Positions 45,472-54,578 of a stretch of DNA of 64,000 bases are shown here, piece by piece; position 1 is the first letter of the stretch; each line of letters begins with the position of its first letter. The notes beneath the pieces are model-generated. The model did no database searches, had not been told where the DNA came from, and saw only the letters and a program-made list of their open reading frames with translations. Source of the DNA: Vicinamibacteria bacterium (GTDB lineage: Bacteria; Acidobacteriota; Vicinamibacteria; Marinacidobacterales; Marinacidobacteraceae); the NCBI GenBank assembly GCA_963555995.3, contig OY821641.1, forward strand, positions 3,584,001-3,648,000. The letters run 5' to 3'. The translations under genes and the position numbers were made by a program.

Positions 45472-47679
45472 TTGACAGGGCGAAGTGAAACCCCCCGGCC
45501 GCTGGTCATCCTGTTGGCTGCGGGAGCGCTGTGCGCGGGTCCGTCCTCCGCCGTCGCCCAGGAAGCCCCGGCCCCCGACCGGTCCGACTGGGGCGCCCCC
45601 GGCCTCCACCGCGTCGCCCTCTATCCGACCCCGGACCTCGCCCCCGCCGGCGGCACCGCCTTCCTGCGCTGGGACCCGAGCCCCTTCGGGGTCTCGGTGA
45701 CCCGCGACGGCAGCCAGCGCTACCGGCTCGACCTCGAGATCGAGGGACTCCCCGACCCCGGTTCGCTCGGCGACTACCGCACCTACGTCGCCTGGGCGAC
45801 GACGCCCATCATGGACCCGGTGGTGCGGCTGGGAGAGGTCGGCAACGGGACCTTCGCGGACCTCGGCCCCGTCGCCTTCGACAAGTTCGTGATCCTGGTG
45901 AGCGCCGAGCCCTCGGCGGCAGTCGAGACCCGCACCGGCCGGCTCGCCCTGCGCGGGGCCTCGCCGTCCACCCGGATCCTCCCCGACAACCACCTCATGG
46001 TCCCGGTGACCGGCACCGGCGAGAGCGCCGCGCTGCCCATGGACCACGGCGTGATGGACCACGCGGCCATGGGGCACGGACCGGCGTCCGACGAGCCGGC
46101 GTGGTCGCATCCGCCGATGCTTCCGGAGACTCCCATGGTCCCCGGGCTCGGGCATCTGCGGCCGGAGCCGCTTCCGTTCCTGCCGCGGGCGACCGCGGAC
46201 GGAACGCTCCCGGACGCCGTTCCCTCGCAGGTGGTGCGGCTCCGCGACGGGCAGACGCTCGACCTGATCGCGGGACGGGTCCGCCGGACCATCCACGGCC
46301 GCGACTACGTGATGTACGGGTTCAACGGGCAGTACCCGGGCCCCCTCATCCACGTGGACCAGGACTCCACCATCTTCGTCAACTTCGAGAACCAGACGTC
46401 CTGGCCCACCGCGATCCACTGGCACGGAATACGCCTCGACAACGCCTTCGACGGGGTGCCTCACCTCACCCAGGACCCGGTGCCCCCCGGCGGGCGTTTC
46501 GAGTACCGGATCTTCTTCCCCGACGCCGGCCTCTACTGGTACCACCCCCACCACCGCGAGGAGGTCCAGCAGGACCTCGGGCTCTACGGGAACATGCTGG
46601 TGGAGGCGCCGCCCGACGCCTGGTACGCGCCGGTCCACCGCGAGGAGATCCTCATGCTCGACGACCTCCTGATCGCCGACGACGGGGGGCTCTTCCCCTT
46701 CGGGACCGAGCGGGCCACCCATTCGCTCATGGGGCGCTTCGGCAACCTGATGCTCGTGAACGGGGAACCGGAGTACGACCTGACCGTCGACCGGGGGGAG
46801 GTCGTCCGCTTCTTCCTCACGAACGTCTCGAACACCCGCACCTTCAACCTCTCGTTCGGCGAGCCCGGCGCGCACCGCGTCAAGGTCGTCGGGTCGGACC
46901 TCTCGAAGTTCGAGCGCGAGACCTGGGTGGATTCGGTGGCGCTCGCGCCCGCCGAGCGTTACATCGTGGAGGTCCGCTACGAGACGGCGGGAGAGCACGC
47001 CCTCGAGAACCGGGTGCGCCCGCTGGAGCACACCTTCGGCGGCTACTTCTCGCGGATCACCCGGCTCGGGACGGTGACGGTGGGGGACCGGGACGCCGAC
47101 CCCGCGGGAGCGCCGGGCTACGACGAACTGCGGGAGCACGCTCCGGTGGTGGAGGACGTGGCGCGCTTCCGGAGCCACTTCGACCGGGAGCCGGACTACG
47201 AACTCCTGCTCACGATGGATGTGACCGGCCTCGACCCCGCCATCATGCAGCGCATGCGCGCCGACCGGGTTTTCTTCCCGGCCGTCGAGTGGGCGGACAC
47301 CATGCCGATGATGAACTCGGTGGCTACCCCGGAGGAGGTCCGCTGGATCGTGCGCGAGCCTGCGACGGGCCGCGAGGACATGGACATCGCCTGGCGCTTC
47401 CGGGTCGGGGACGTGGTCACGATCCGGATCACGAACGACGCCGCCGCCCTCCACGCGATGCAGCACCCCTTCCACATCCACGGCCAGCGGTTCCTGGTGC
47501 TGCGCCGGAACGGCGCGCCGGTGACGAACCAGGTGTTCAAGGACACCGTGCTCATCGCGGCGGGGGAGACCGTGGACCTCCTGCTCGAGATCACGAACCC
47601 CGGGAAGTGGATGGCCCACTGCCACATCGCCGAGCACCTCGAAACCGGCATGCGCTTCGTCTTCGAGGTGGACCCGTAG
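45472..47679 (+). CDS. Multicopper oxidase with extra N-terminal domain and Met/His-rich linker
   Basis: IHWHG, WYHPH, HPFHIHG and HCHIAEHLETGM copper ligands; MDHGVMDHAAMGHG; signal peptide. Confidence 0.92.
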   Translation: MTGRSETPRPLVILLAAGALCAGPSSAVAQEAPAPDRSDWGAPGLHRVALYPTPDLAPAGGTAFLRWDPSPFGVSVTRDGSQRYRLDLEIEGLPDPGSLGDYRTYVAWATTPIMDPVVRLGEVGNGTFADLGPVAFDKFVILVSAEPSAAVETRTGRLALRGASPSTRILPDNHLMVPVTGTGESAALPMDHGVMDHAAMGHGPASDEPAWSHPPMLPETPMVPGLGHLRPEPLPFLPRATADGTLPDAVPSQVVRLRDGQTLDLIAGRVRRTIHGRDYVMYGFNGQYPGPLIHVDQDSTIFVNFENQTSWPTAIHWHGIRLDNAFDGVPHLTQDPVPPGGRFEYRIFFPDAGLYWYHPHHREEVQQDLGLYGNMLVEAPPDAWYAPVHREEILMLDDLLIADDGGLFPFGTERATHSLMGRFGNLMLVNGEPEYDLTVDRGEVVRFFLTNVSNTRTFNLSFGEPGAHRVKVVGSDLSKFERETWVDSVALAPAERYIVEVRYETAGEHALENRVRPLEHTFGGYFSRITRLGTVTVGDRDADPAGAPGYDELREHAPVVEDVARFRSHFDREPDYELLLTMDVTGLDPAIMQRMRADRVFFPAVEWADTMPMMNSVATPEEVRWIVREPATGREDMDIAWRFRVGDVVTIRITNDAAALHAMQHPFHIHGQRFLVLRRNGAPVTNQVFKDTVLIAAGETVDLLLEITNPGKWMAHCHIAEHLETGMRFVFEVDP

Positions 47680-47747
47680 ATTCGACGGCAAGAAGCGGAT
47701 GGACGCGCGGGGGCCGCTGCGCTGGAATGACGTCGGGAGTTGAACCG

Positions 47748-48683
47748 ATGTTGATGCCATCAGAACCCGACAAGCACCGCCGTCCCGGGGATCCCGAATC
47801 CCGGCTGACGCGCCTGGTCGAAGCCGCCAGGTACATCGAAGCCCACGCCGAGGAGCGCCTGCCGCTCCGCGAGCTTGCGGGGCAGGTGGGCCTCTCGCCG
47901 TCGCGCTTCCAGCGCATCTTCAAGGCCGCGTTCGGCGTCTCGCCCAAGGCCTGGCAGCACGCGGTCCGGATGAAGCGCCTCAAGACGGCGCTCCAGGAGG
48001 GCGACGACGTCACCGGCGCGATCTACTCGGCGGGCTTCGGGTCCCTGAGCCGGGTCTACGGGGAGCGCGTCCGTCACATCGGGATGACGCCGGGCGCCTA
48101 CCGCGCCGGCGGCGCCGGAGAGACGATCGCCTACGCCTCCCGGGAAACGGCGCTCGGCGCCTTGCTGATGGCGGCCACCGAACGCGGCGTCGCCTTCGTG
48201 CAGTTCGGGGAGGACCCGGAGGCCCTGCTCGAGCAGCTCCGCCGGGAGTTCCCGAACGCGGACCTCGTCGCCTCGGACGCACAGGAGGCCCCGGAACTGG
48301 ACGCGTGGATCACGGCGCTGGAGACACACCTCGCCGGAGGCGCCCCGCGCCCCGAACTGCCACTCGATCTGCGCGGCACCGCCTTCCAGATGAAGGTCTG
48401 GCGCTTTCTCCTGAGCGTCCGCGAGGGCGACGTGATCAGCTACGGCGAGCTGGCGGCCGGAATCGAACGACCCCAGGCGGCCCGCGCCGTCGCCGCTGCC
48501 TGCGCCGCGAACCGCATCGCGGTCCTGGTGCCCTGCCACCGCGTCCTGCGGGGGGACGGCAATCTCGGCGGCTACCGCTGGGGCCTCGATCGCAAACGAG
48601 CACTCCTTGACGGCGAGCGGTCCCGTCGGGAGCGCCGGTCTTCAGACCGGCACGCGCGGTGCTCCGCGCCGCGCACGGCGTGA
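47748..48683 (+). CDS. Ada-like AraC-HTH / O6-methylguanine-DNA methyltransferase lacking the N-terminal Zn domain
   Basis: GLSPSRFQRIFK, GFGSLSRVY, GTAFQMKVW, VPCHRV active site; start uncertain (47727/47748/47754). Confidence 0.88.
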   Translation: MLMPSEPDKHRRPGDPESRLTRLVEAARYIEAHAEERLPLRELAGQVGLSPSRFQRIFKAAFGVSPKAWQHAVRMKRLKTALQEGDDVTGAIYSAGFGSLSRVYGERVRHIGMTPGAYRAGGAGETIAYASRETALGALLMAATERGVAFVQFGEDPEALLEQLRREFPNADLVASDAQEAPELDAWITALETHLAGGAPRPELPLDLRGTAFQMKVWRFLLSVREGDVISYGELAAGIERPQAARAVAAACAANRIAVLVPCHRVLRGDGNLGGYRWGLDRKRALLDGERSRRERRSSDRHARCSAPRTA

Positions 48684-48812
48684 CCCCGCCCACCCTCACG
48701 GCGCGTCCGGCCGGGACCGCCGACCTTCAGGTCGGCACCGTCCGCCAGAGGCGGGCGAAGCGCGCGACGATTCTCCGCCACACGCGCGGTCGGCACCCTT
48801 CTTGCCAGGCGC

Positions 48813-49247
48813 CTATTCGGCAACCCTGAACACCAGGGATGACGTTGGTGCCCCTGTCGTGCCCCCGCGGGTCACATGGAGATCGCCCTTGGTGATGATG
48901 TCCATCCCGATCAGGAAATCGACATCGGGCCCGAGTTCTGCTTCCAGGACGGGGATCCGCCACATTGCCGCGCCAAGAGCGCCGTTCGGAATCCGCAGCC
49001 AAACCCAGTACACGGCTGCGTCCCTCTCGTCTCGAATGGAGCGCAGGGGCGAGAAGCCGATGGGAAGCAGTTCAAGTCTCGCGACCATGCGGCTGCTGAT
49101 GAGTGAATGGGTTGCCCCCGTGTCCCAGATGGCCGTCGCCTGAGTCAGTGCCCCGGGAGGAGCTGATGCCGCCCTGCCGTCGCCGATCCCCACCCTCGTG
49201 CGGAGAGCGAGACCTTGATGCGATGACCGGTGCTCGAAACCGGCCAC
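48813..49247 (-). CDS. Single-domain retropepsin-like aspartyl protease
   Basis: AIWDTGATHSLI catalytic motif and FLIGMDII psi-loop motif. Confidence 0.8.
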   Translation of the reverse strand: MAGFEHRSSHQGLALRTRVGIGDGRAASAPPGALTQATAIWDTGATHSLISSRMVARLELLPIGFSPLRSIRDERDAAVYWVWLRIPNGALGAAMWRIPVLEAELGPDVDFLIGMDIITKGDLHVTRGGTTGAPTSSLVFRVAE

Positions 49248-49258
49248 TTAGCAGCCTT

Positions 49259-49561
49259 TCAACCCACTCTGGAGTGGAAGATCGCGGGCTGCTGTTCGCT
49301 GCGGAAGACGCACTCCGCGACCAGGAAGTACCCCGGCTGGAGGCTCCGGCGATACGCCTCGTCCACGGCAGCCTCCATGCTCTCGAAGAAGAGCGCTCCC
49401 GACCGGAGCTGCTCGACCGGATCGGCGCCGGGCACAGTTGCGTCGCGATAGATCAGCGCATACTGGCTGTGGTGACGCTCGGCGAAATCAAACCGCAGGT
49501 GCCTCTCGAAAAGGTCATGCAACTCCCGAACCGGGATCGGCTGGGTCGCGGCCATCGGCAT
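49259..49561 (-). CDS. Small protein upstream of the retropepsin (DUF5678-like)
   Basis: AGGAGG RBS; 100 aa; HHSQYALIY...FFESMEAAVDEAYR...GYFLVAEC; 11 nt from the protease start. Confidence 0.6.
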   Translation of the reverse strand: MPMAATQPIPVRELHDLFERHLRFDFAERHHSQYALIYRDATVPGADPVEQLRSGALFFESMEAAVDEAYRRSLQPGYFLVAECVFRSEQQPAIFHSRVG

Positions 49562-49685
49562 GCCTCCTGACGCAGGATACATTTTGCACCAGCGGCGCCG
49601 GTCCCGACCACTCTCTCGGCGGGGTCCGGAGGGGAAGCTCCCCGAATCGTGGTTCGGGTCGGCTGGGGAGCGGAGAGCCGCGCCT

Positions 49686-50022
49686 GCCGGCCTGAAGCCG
49701 GCGTTCCCAGCCGTACGCGCCACCTGCGCTCTTGCGCGCCGCGCCGAGGGGGGAGCCAACTTTCCGGGTGGGGTTACGACGTGCGCGGTGCGGAGCACCG
49801 CTGTGCCGGTCTGGAGACCGGCGTTCCCAGCCGTACGCGCCACCTGCGCTCTCGAGTTCCACGCCGAGGCCGGAGGCCAATTTTCCCGGGTGGGGTTACG
49901 ACGTGCGCGGTGCTCCGCTCCTGATCTCCGCGCCGGGGTGGGAGTCGGTTTTTGGGGGTGGGGTTGTGCCGTGCGCGGTGCGGAGCACCGCTGTGCCGGT
50001 CTGGAGACCGGCGTTCCAAGCC
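49686..50022. repeat. REP cluster with about 120-bp tandem duplication
   Basis: CCGGCGTTCCCAGCCGTACGCGCCACCTGCGCTCT at about 49698 and 49818; GTGCGCGGTGCGGAGCACCGCTGTGCCGGTCTGGAGACCGGCGTTCC at about 49781 and 49971. Confidence 0.85.
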
Positions 50023-50032
50023 GGTCCGGTCG

Positions 50033-51379
50033 TCAGAACTCGAGGGCGGAGATTGCCACGAGGGCGGTGCGGACCTTGCCATCCCGCCAGGCGACCATGA
50101 GGCGTTCCTGGACATCGAAGACCTCCTCGATGTCCTCGCCTTCCGCCGCCTCTTCCTCGGCGTCTTCCTCGTCCTCGGCCTCTTCGTCTTCCTCCGGCTC
50201 CGGCGGCGGCTCGTTGGCGACCCGGGCGAGCTGCAGGACCCCGGCTTCCCGGCCCGCCGGAGCGTCCGCCACCTTGACGGACGGCCCGACCAGCCCGTCC
50301 GGCCAGACCCGCCGCACCCGCACCTCGCCCCGCCGCGAGCCCGGCGTTTCGAGCCAGGCGGCCACCGCGCTCCCGTCGTCGAGCATCGCCACCGCGGCGT
50401 ATCCGCGCCCGCCGCCTTCGTCCAGCCGGATCGGGGTTCCGAAGCCCTCCCCGCCGTTCTGCGAGAAGGCGAAGCGGACCTCGGGCTCCCCGCTGGCCAT
50501 GGTGAACCAGGCGACCGCCACGGCGCTGCCGGTCGCCGTGATCGCGGGACCGTTCACCGGGCAGGCGTTGATGCCCCAGCCGTCCGCGTGGACCGGCTTC
50601 CCCGGCTCCCAGAGGCCCCGCACCTTGCGGGTGATGGCGATGTCCCGAACGTCGTCCTCCGGGGCGTTCCGCACCCGGTCCCGGTAAACGACGGCCGGAG
50701 CGCCGTCAATGGTCGCCATCGCGGTGGGACAGCAACTGCACACGTCGGGGTCCAGCCGCTGGTTGCCGAGCTGGTAGCCCTGCTCGTGGAAGCGGGCGAG
50801 CCGCAGGGTCATGTCCGCGGGGTCCGTCGCCCCCGGCGGCGGGGTGAGGTAGGCCGCCGAGAAGCCGCCCTGCTCCGGCGTGAAGGAGACGAACCCCGAG
50901 TAGCTCTCGACGTTCCGGAGCCCCTCCGAGAACACCTCGCGCCAAGTGGCGCCCCGGTCCATGGAATAGACGATCTTCAGACCGTAGCCGTAGTGCCCCT
51001 CGGCCTCCGGGTTCCGGACGAGATAGTGGGCGGCGAGGCGGTTCTCCCCGACGAGCGCGATGCTCGGGTGGTCCGCCCAGTTGACGAACCAGCCGGAGCC
51101 CTCGGCGACCGGCTTCGGGTCGCCCCAAGCGTCCTCCGTCACCTCCTCGCTGCTCCCCGGACGCTGGAGTTCCGAGAACCGCAGGGCATGTCCCGCTCCG
51201 GCTTCCTCGATCCAACTCAGGAAGGTGGCGCCCTCGGGAGCGGAGTAGAGCGAGTACATCCCGCTCCCGTCCGGGGCGGGCGTCTCGAGCGGCGAGACAC
51301 CCTCCTGGGCGCTTGCCCCCGCGGCGAGCAGCAGGACGCCGACGAAGCCGGCGAGACGCGAACGGGTCAGGGCGCGCAT
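50033..51379 (-). CDS. Exported BNR/Asp-box (sialidase-like beta-propeller) protein with Cys motifs
   Basis: Signal peptide; FVNWADHPS, SMDRGATW, DVCSCCPT, WGINACPVNGP, SQNGGEGF; acidic insert near the C-terminus. Confidence 0.75.
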   Translation of the reverse strand: MRALTRSRLAGFVGVLLLAAGASAQEGVSPLETPAPDGSGMYSLYSAPEGATFLSWIEEAGAGHALRFSELQRPGSSEEVTEDAWGDPKPVAEGSGWFVNWADHPSIALVGENRLAAHYLVRNPEAEGHYGYGLKIVYSMDRGATWREVFSEGLRNVESYSGFVSFTPEQGGFSAAYLTPPPGATDPADMTLRLARFHEQGYQLGNQRLDPDVCSCCPTAMATIDGAPAVVYRDRVRNAPEDDVRDIAITRKVRGLWEPGKPVHADGWGINACPVNGPAITATGSAVAVAWFTMASGEPEVRFAFSQNGGEGFGTPIRLDEGGGRGYAAVAMLDDGSAVAAWLETPGSRRGEVRVRRVWPDGLVGPSVKVADAPAGREAGVLQLARVANEPPPEPEEDEEAEDEEDAEEEAAEGEDIEEVFDVQERLMVAWRDGKVRTALVAISALEF

Positions 51380-51456
51380 GGGAACCGGTGATTCTCGCAC
51401 GGACGGCCGGATTCGGGATACCGTTCGCCGGTTCCCGCTCCGGCAAGGAGGCGCCG

Positions 51457-52911
51457 ATGTCCGATCTCTCGTTCCGCCGCCCGGCGGCCAGCCAGGCCCT
51501 CGGCCTTCTCGGGGCCATCGCGCTCCTCGCGCTCCCGGCGGCGGCCGCCGCCCAGACCGCCGGCGAACTCACCGAGGACGCCCGGCAGTACGTCCAGTAC
51601 GGCGATCCGGTCATCGCGATCACCGGGGTCCAGGTCGTGGACGGCACCGGCGCCGCCCCCCGCTCCGGCCAGACCGTGGTCATCGCCGACCGCCGCATCC
51701 GGAGCCTGGGCGCAGACGGCGACGTCGCGATCCCCGAGGGCGCGCGCCGGATTGACGGGTCCGGGCACACGGTGATCCCCGGCCTCATCGGCATCCACAA
51801 CCACACCTTCTACACGACGGCGGCGCGCCACTCGCAGATGAACACCACCTCGCCGCGGCTCTACCTGGCGGCGGGCGTCACCACGATCCGCACCACCGGC
51901 AGCTATTCCCCCTACAGCGAGATCAACATGCGGCGCGCCATCGAGGCGGGCGAGATCGTGGGCCCCCGGATGCACATCACCGGCCCCTACATCTCGGGCG
52001 CCGGGGCCAGCACCTACATGACCCAGGTGAACAGTCCCGAGGACGCCCGCCGGGTGGTGGCCTACTGGGCCGAGGAAGGGGCGACCTGGTTCAAGGCGTA
52101 CACGCGGATCTCGCGGGCCGAACTCGGCGCCGCCATCGAGGAAGCGCACAAGCACGGCCTCAAGTTCACCGCGCACCTCTGCTCGGTGACCTTCCGCGAG
52201 GCGGTGGACCTCGGGATTGACTCGCTGGAGCACGGGTTCTTCACGAACACCGAGTACCACGCCGACAAGGAGCCGGACGAGTGCCCGCCTGATTTCCGCA
52301 ACACCCTCCGGGACATTGACATTGATTCGGACGAGGTCAACGCCACCATCGCCCACATGGTGGACAACGAGGTCGCGCTCACCTCGACGCTCGCGGTCTA
52401 TGAACTCTCGGTGCCCGGCCGGCCGCCGCTGGAGGACCGGAACCTGGAGGCGCTCTCACCCGGCGCCCGCGACGAGTACCTGGCCCGCCGCGAGGAGATC
52501 GCCGGCGCCAGTGACGCGGTCATGCAGGACCTCTTCCCGAAGGCCCAGGCGTTCGAGTACCGCTACTTCCAGGCAGGCGGCCTGCTCGCCGCCGGCGTGG
52601 ACCCCACCGGGAACGGCGGCGCGCTGCCCGGCTTCGGCGACCAGCGGAACTACGAGCTGCTCCTCGAAGCCGAGTTCACCCCGGCGCAGGCCCTCCAGGT
52701 GATGAGCCTGAACGGCGCCCGGGTGCTCGGCGTGGACGGCGACCTCGGCAGCATCGAGGAGGGCAAGCTCGCCGACCTGATCCTGATTGACGGCGACCCG
52801 GTGGCGGACCCCTTCCAGATCCGAAACGTGGTGACCGTCTTCAAGGACGGCGTCGGCTACGACTCCCTGAAGCTGATCGCGTCCGTGAAGGGGTTGGTGG
52901 GCCTGGAGTAA
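51457..52911 (+). CDS. Exported metal-dependent amidohydrolase
   Basis: AAGGAGG RBS; signal peptide; IPGLIGIHNH, AGVTTIR, SLEHG, GSIEEGKLADLILIDGDP. Confidence 0.9.
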   Translation: MSDLSFRRPAASQALGLLGAIALLALPAAAAAQTAGELTEDARQYVQYGDPVIAITGVQVVDGTGAAPRSGQTVVIADRRIRSLGADGDVAIPEGARRIDGSGHTVIPGLIGIHNHTFYTTAARHSQMNTTSPRLYLAAGVTTIRTTGSYSPYSEINMRRAIEAGEIVGPRMHITGPYISGAGASTYMTQVNSPEDARRVVAYWAEEGATWFKAYTRISRAELGAAIEEAHKHGLKFTAHLCSVTFREAVDLGIDSLEHGFFTNTEYHADKEPDECPPDFRNTLRDIDIDSDEVNATIAHMVDNEVALTSTLAVYELSVPGRPPLEDRNLEALSPGARDEYLARREEIAGASDAVMQDLFPKAQAFEYRYFQAGGLLAAGVDPTGNGGALPGFGDQRNYELLLEAEFTPAQALQVMSLNGARVLGVDGDLGSIEEGKLADLILIDGDPVADPFQIRNVVTVFKDGVGYDSLKLIASVKGLVGLE

Positions 52912-52915
52912 GGCG

Positions 52916-53045
52916 GGGACCGCCGGTCTTCAGACCGGCACCCGCGGCCCGGAGGGCCGCGGAACGACGTAGCGCTCCGAGCCCGGACGACGCCGCAAGC
53001 TTGGAACGCCGGCTTCAGCCGGCATCGCGGCCGCAGGCCGCGAAT
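52916..53045. repeat. Two REP-like palindromes with hairpins between convergent genes
   Basis: GGGACCGCCGGTCTTCAGACCGGCAC and TTGGAACGCCGGCTTCAGCCGGC. Confidence 0.8.
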
Positions 53046-53078
53046 CCGCCTAACGCTGCGCCCCGATGGCGCGCCGGC

Positions 53079-54104
53079 TCAGGGAAGCCGCTCGATCCTC
53101 GGCCGAAACACGCGGTCCAGCAGGTTGAGCTTCCGGACCAGCCACTCGTGCTGCCGCGCCCAATCGTTCGGATCGTTCAAGACCACGTTCTCCAGCCGCA
53201 CTCCGATCTCCCGCTCGCTCGGCTTCCGGTCGTCCCAGAACATGGCCGATGCCATCGCGGACTCGATGGCATCCCGGTCGCGCATCAACCGCCCGAAGGC
53301 GGGCGCTCGGTGCGTCGACAGGTAGAGGGATGCGGAGATCCGTCCCGCCGCGCGGTGCGTCGTCGCGTAGAGGTAGAACCCGCTTCTGCCGATCGGGAAA
53401 CTCATCCAGTTGTCCTTCCCCGGGGTTCTCCGGGCGAACGGCGCGCGCGCACTGTTTCCGGAAACGGGTCCGCCAATGCGATTGAGTTTGTCGAGGACGG
53501 CGTCCCAGTACTTCCGGTGGAACTCCGGGGCGCTCAAGCCGGCCAGTGACGCGTCCCTCACCCCAGGTGGTCCCGTTCGTGGCGAAGCTGGGGAGCCACC
53601 GGATGCCGGTGACCCCTCCCGGGAGCGATCCGCGCGCTGGCCGGCGCTGTACCAGCCGGCACCGGAGTCCTGAACCTCCGGCAGAGGTCGCGACCCTGCG
53701 TCGGCCCATCCCGGACCAAGGTCTGACCCCAGGTCGCCGATCAGCTTCAAGCCAGCACTCTCGAACCGGCGAAAGTCGGTCAGGTTCGCCGTGGCGAGAC
53801 GCGCCCCGTCATGGATTGCTACCGCCGCGATGACGCAGTCCGGCAGGGAGCCGCGTCGCCGGCCGGACTCGTTGAAGAGACGCGCAGCGACGCCCGCGTG
53901 CTCGATCGTGAAATCGCGGTACGAGTCCACGATGCGCGTTGCCAGCTCCTGCTCCGCGGGTTTGATCGGCCCGCACTGGAACTCGGCCCAGGCGAGCGCG
54001 CTGACGACGATGGACTCGTCCGGATCCATCGTTTCGAGCAGGCGGGTCTCGGGGGCATCCGGGGCGAGAATGCGGATCAGGAAGCTGGTGTCCAGATGAA
54101 TCAC
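53079..54104 (-). CDS. VapC/PIN domain fused through a low-complexity linker to a DUF4268-like domain
   Basis: IHLDTSFL, AWAEF, SLPDCVIAA, LATANLTDF (PIN); RKYW...NWMSFPIGRSGF...DAIE...W...DWARQHEWL...F.PRI (DUF4268-like); single open frame. Confidence 0.8.
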   Translation of the reverse strand: MIHLDTSFLIRILAPDAPETRLLETMDPDESIVVSALAWAEFQCGPIKPAEQELATRIVDSYRDFTIEHAGVAARLFNESGRRRGSLPDCVIAAVAIHDGARLATANLTDFRRFESAGLKLIGDLGSDLGPGWADAGSRPLPEVQDSGAGWYSAGQRADRSREGSPASGGSPASPRTGPPGVRDASLAGLSAPEFHRKYWDAVLDKLNRIGGPVSGNSARAPFARRTPGKDNWMSFPIGRSGFYLYATTHRAAGRISASLYLSTHRAPAFGRLMRDRDAIESAMASAMFWDDRKPSEREIGVRLENVVLNDPNDWARQHEWLVRKLNLLDRVFRPRIERLP

Positions 54105-54385
54105 TCGGGGTCACCGGGAAGACGCGGGAACGAAGCGCGCCGCATTTCACGTGCTTCTCTTTCCCAAGCCGCCAAATCCACGCCGCGCTTTGCCACCGAG
54201 TCCTGAAGTTCTCTGAGGGCCCGCATCCTGGTGTCCCGCCGTGAGGGCTGCCGCTCGAGCTCACTGCGGACCGCTCTGCGCAGCGCCTCGGACTTCGAAA
54301 CACTCCACCGTCGCGCCAAATCCTCCAGAGCGCGCACCGTGCCAACATCGAGCGAGTACGTGGTTTTGATCGTCATAACAGCCAT
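54101..54385 (-). CDS. RHH/CopG-type antitoxin
   Basis: IKTTYSLD...LEDLARRWSVSKSEALRRAV; TGA overlaps the PIN GTG; start 54385 or 54376. Confidence 0.85.
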   Translation of the reverse strand: MAVMTIKTTYSLDVGTVRALEDLARRWSVSKSEALRRAVRSELERQPSRRDTRMRALRELQDSVAKRGVDLAAWEREAREMRRASFPRLPGDPE

Positions 54386-54401
54386 ATATGAACTATATGG
54401 C
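54381..54401. promoter_or_regulatory. Perfect inverted repeat, probable autoregulatory operator of the RHH-PIN operon
   Basis: GCCATATA-TGAAC-TATATGGC overlapping the antitoxin start in an AT-rich patch. Confidence 0.65.
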
Positions 54402-54578
54402 CATATTGATTGTCGATTAACAAGCATCCGCGATCTCTTGCACGCCCGCCGCTACTCGGGTTCGTCCTCGCCAGCCCGGTACAACGGCCGGATCGCCTCC
54501 TTCACGACCGCGGGAACGGTGTGTCTCTGATTGCCTCAAGCCACTGGGCTACATTGTCGTTGTCGAGGAGAGAGGTTC

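Noticed and set aside
45531-48683. 1050-aa ORF as an Ada fusion
   Set aside because: The N-terminal part is a shifted frame over the multicopper oxidase; only the part from about 47748 is protein-like
49686-50022. REP clusters as CRISPR arrays (also 38944-39439 and 60495-61060)
   Set aside because: Spacing is irregular, intervening sequences are homologous to each other instead of unique, some units are inverted, and no cas genes are present
53041-53079. Integron attC site suggested by GCCTAAC next to a TA cassette
   Set aside because: No matching GTTRRRY box at a suitable distance and no integron integrase in the window
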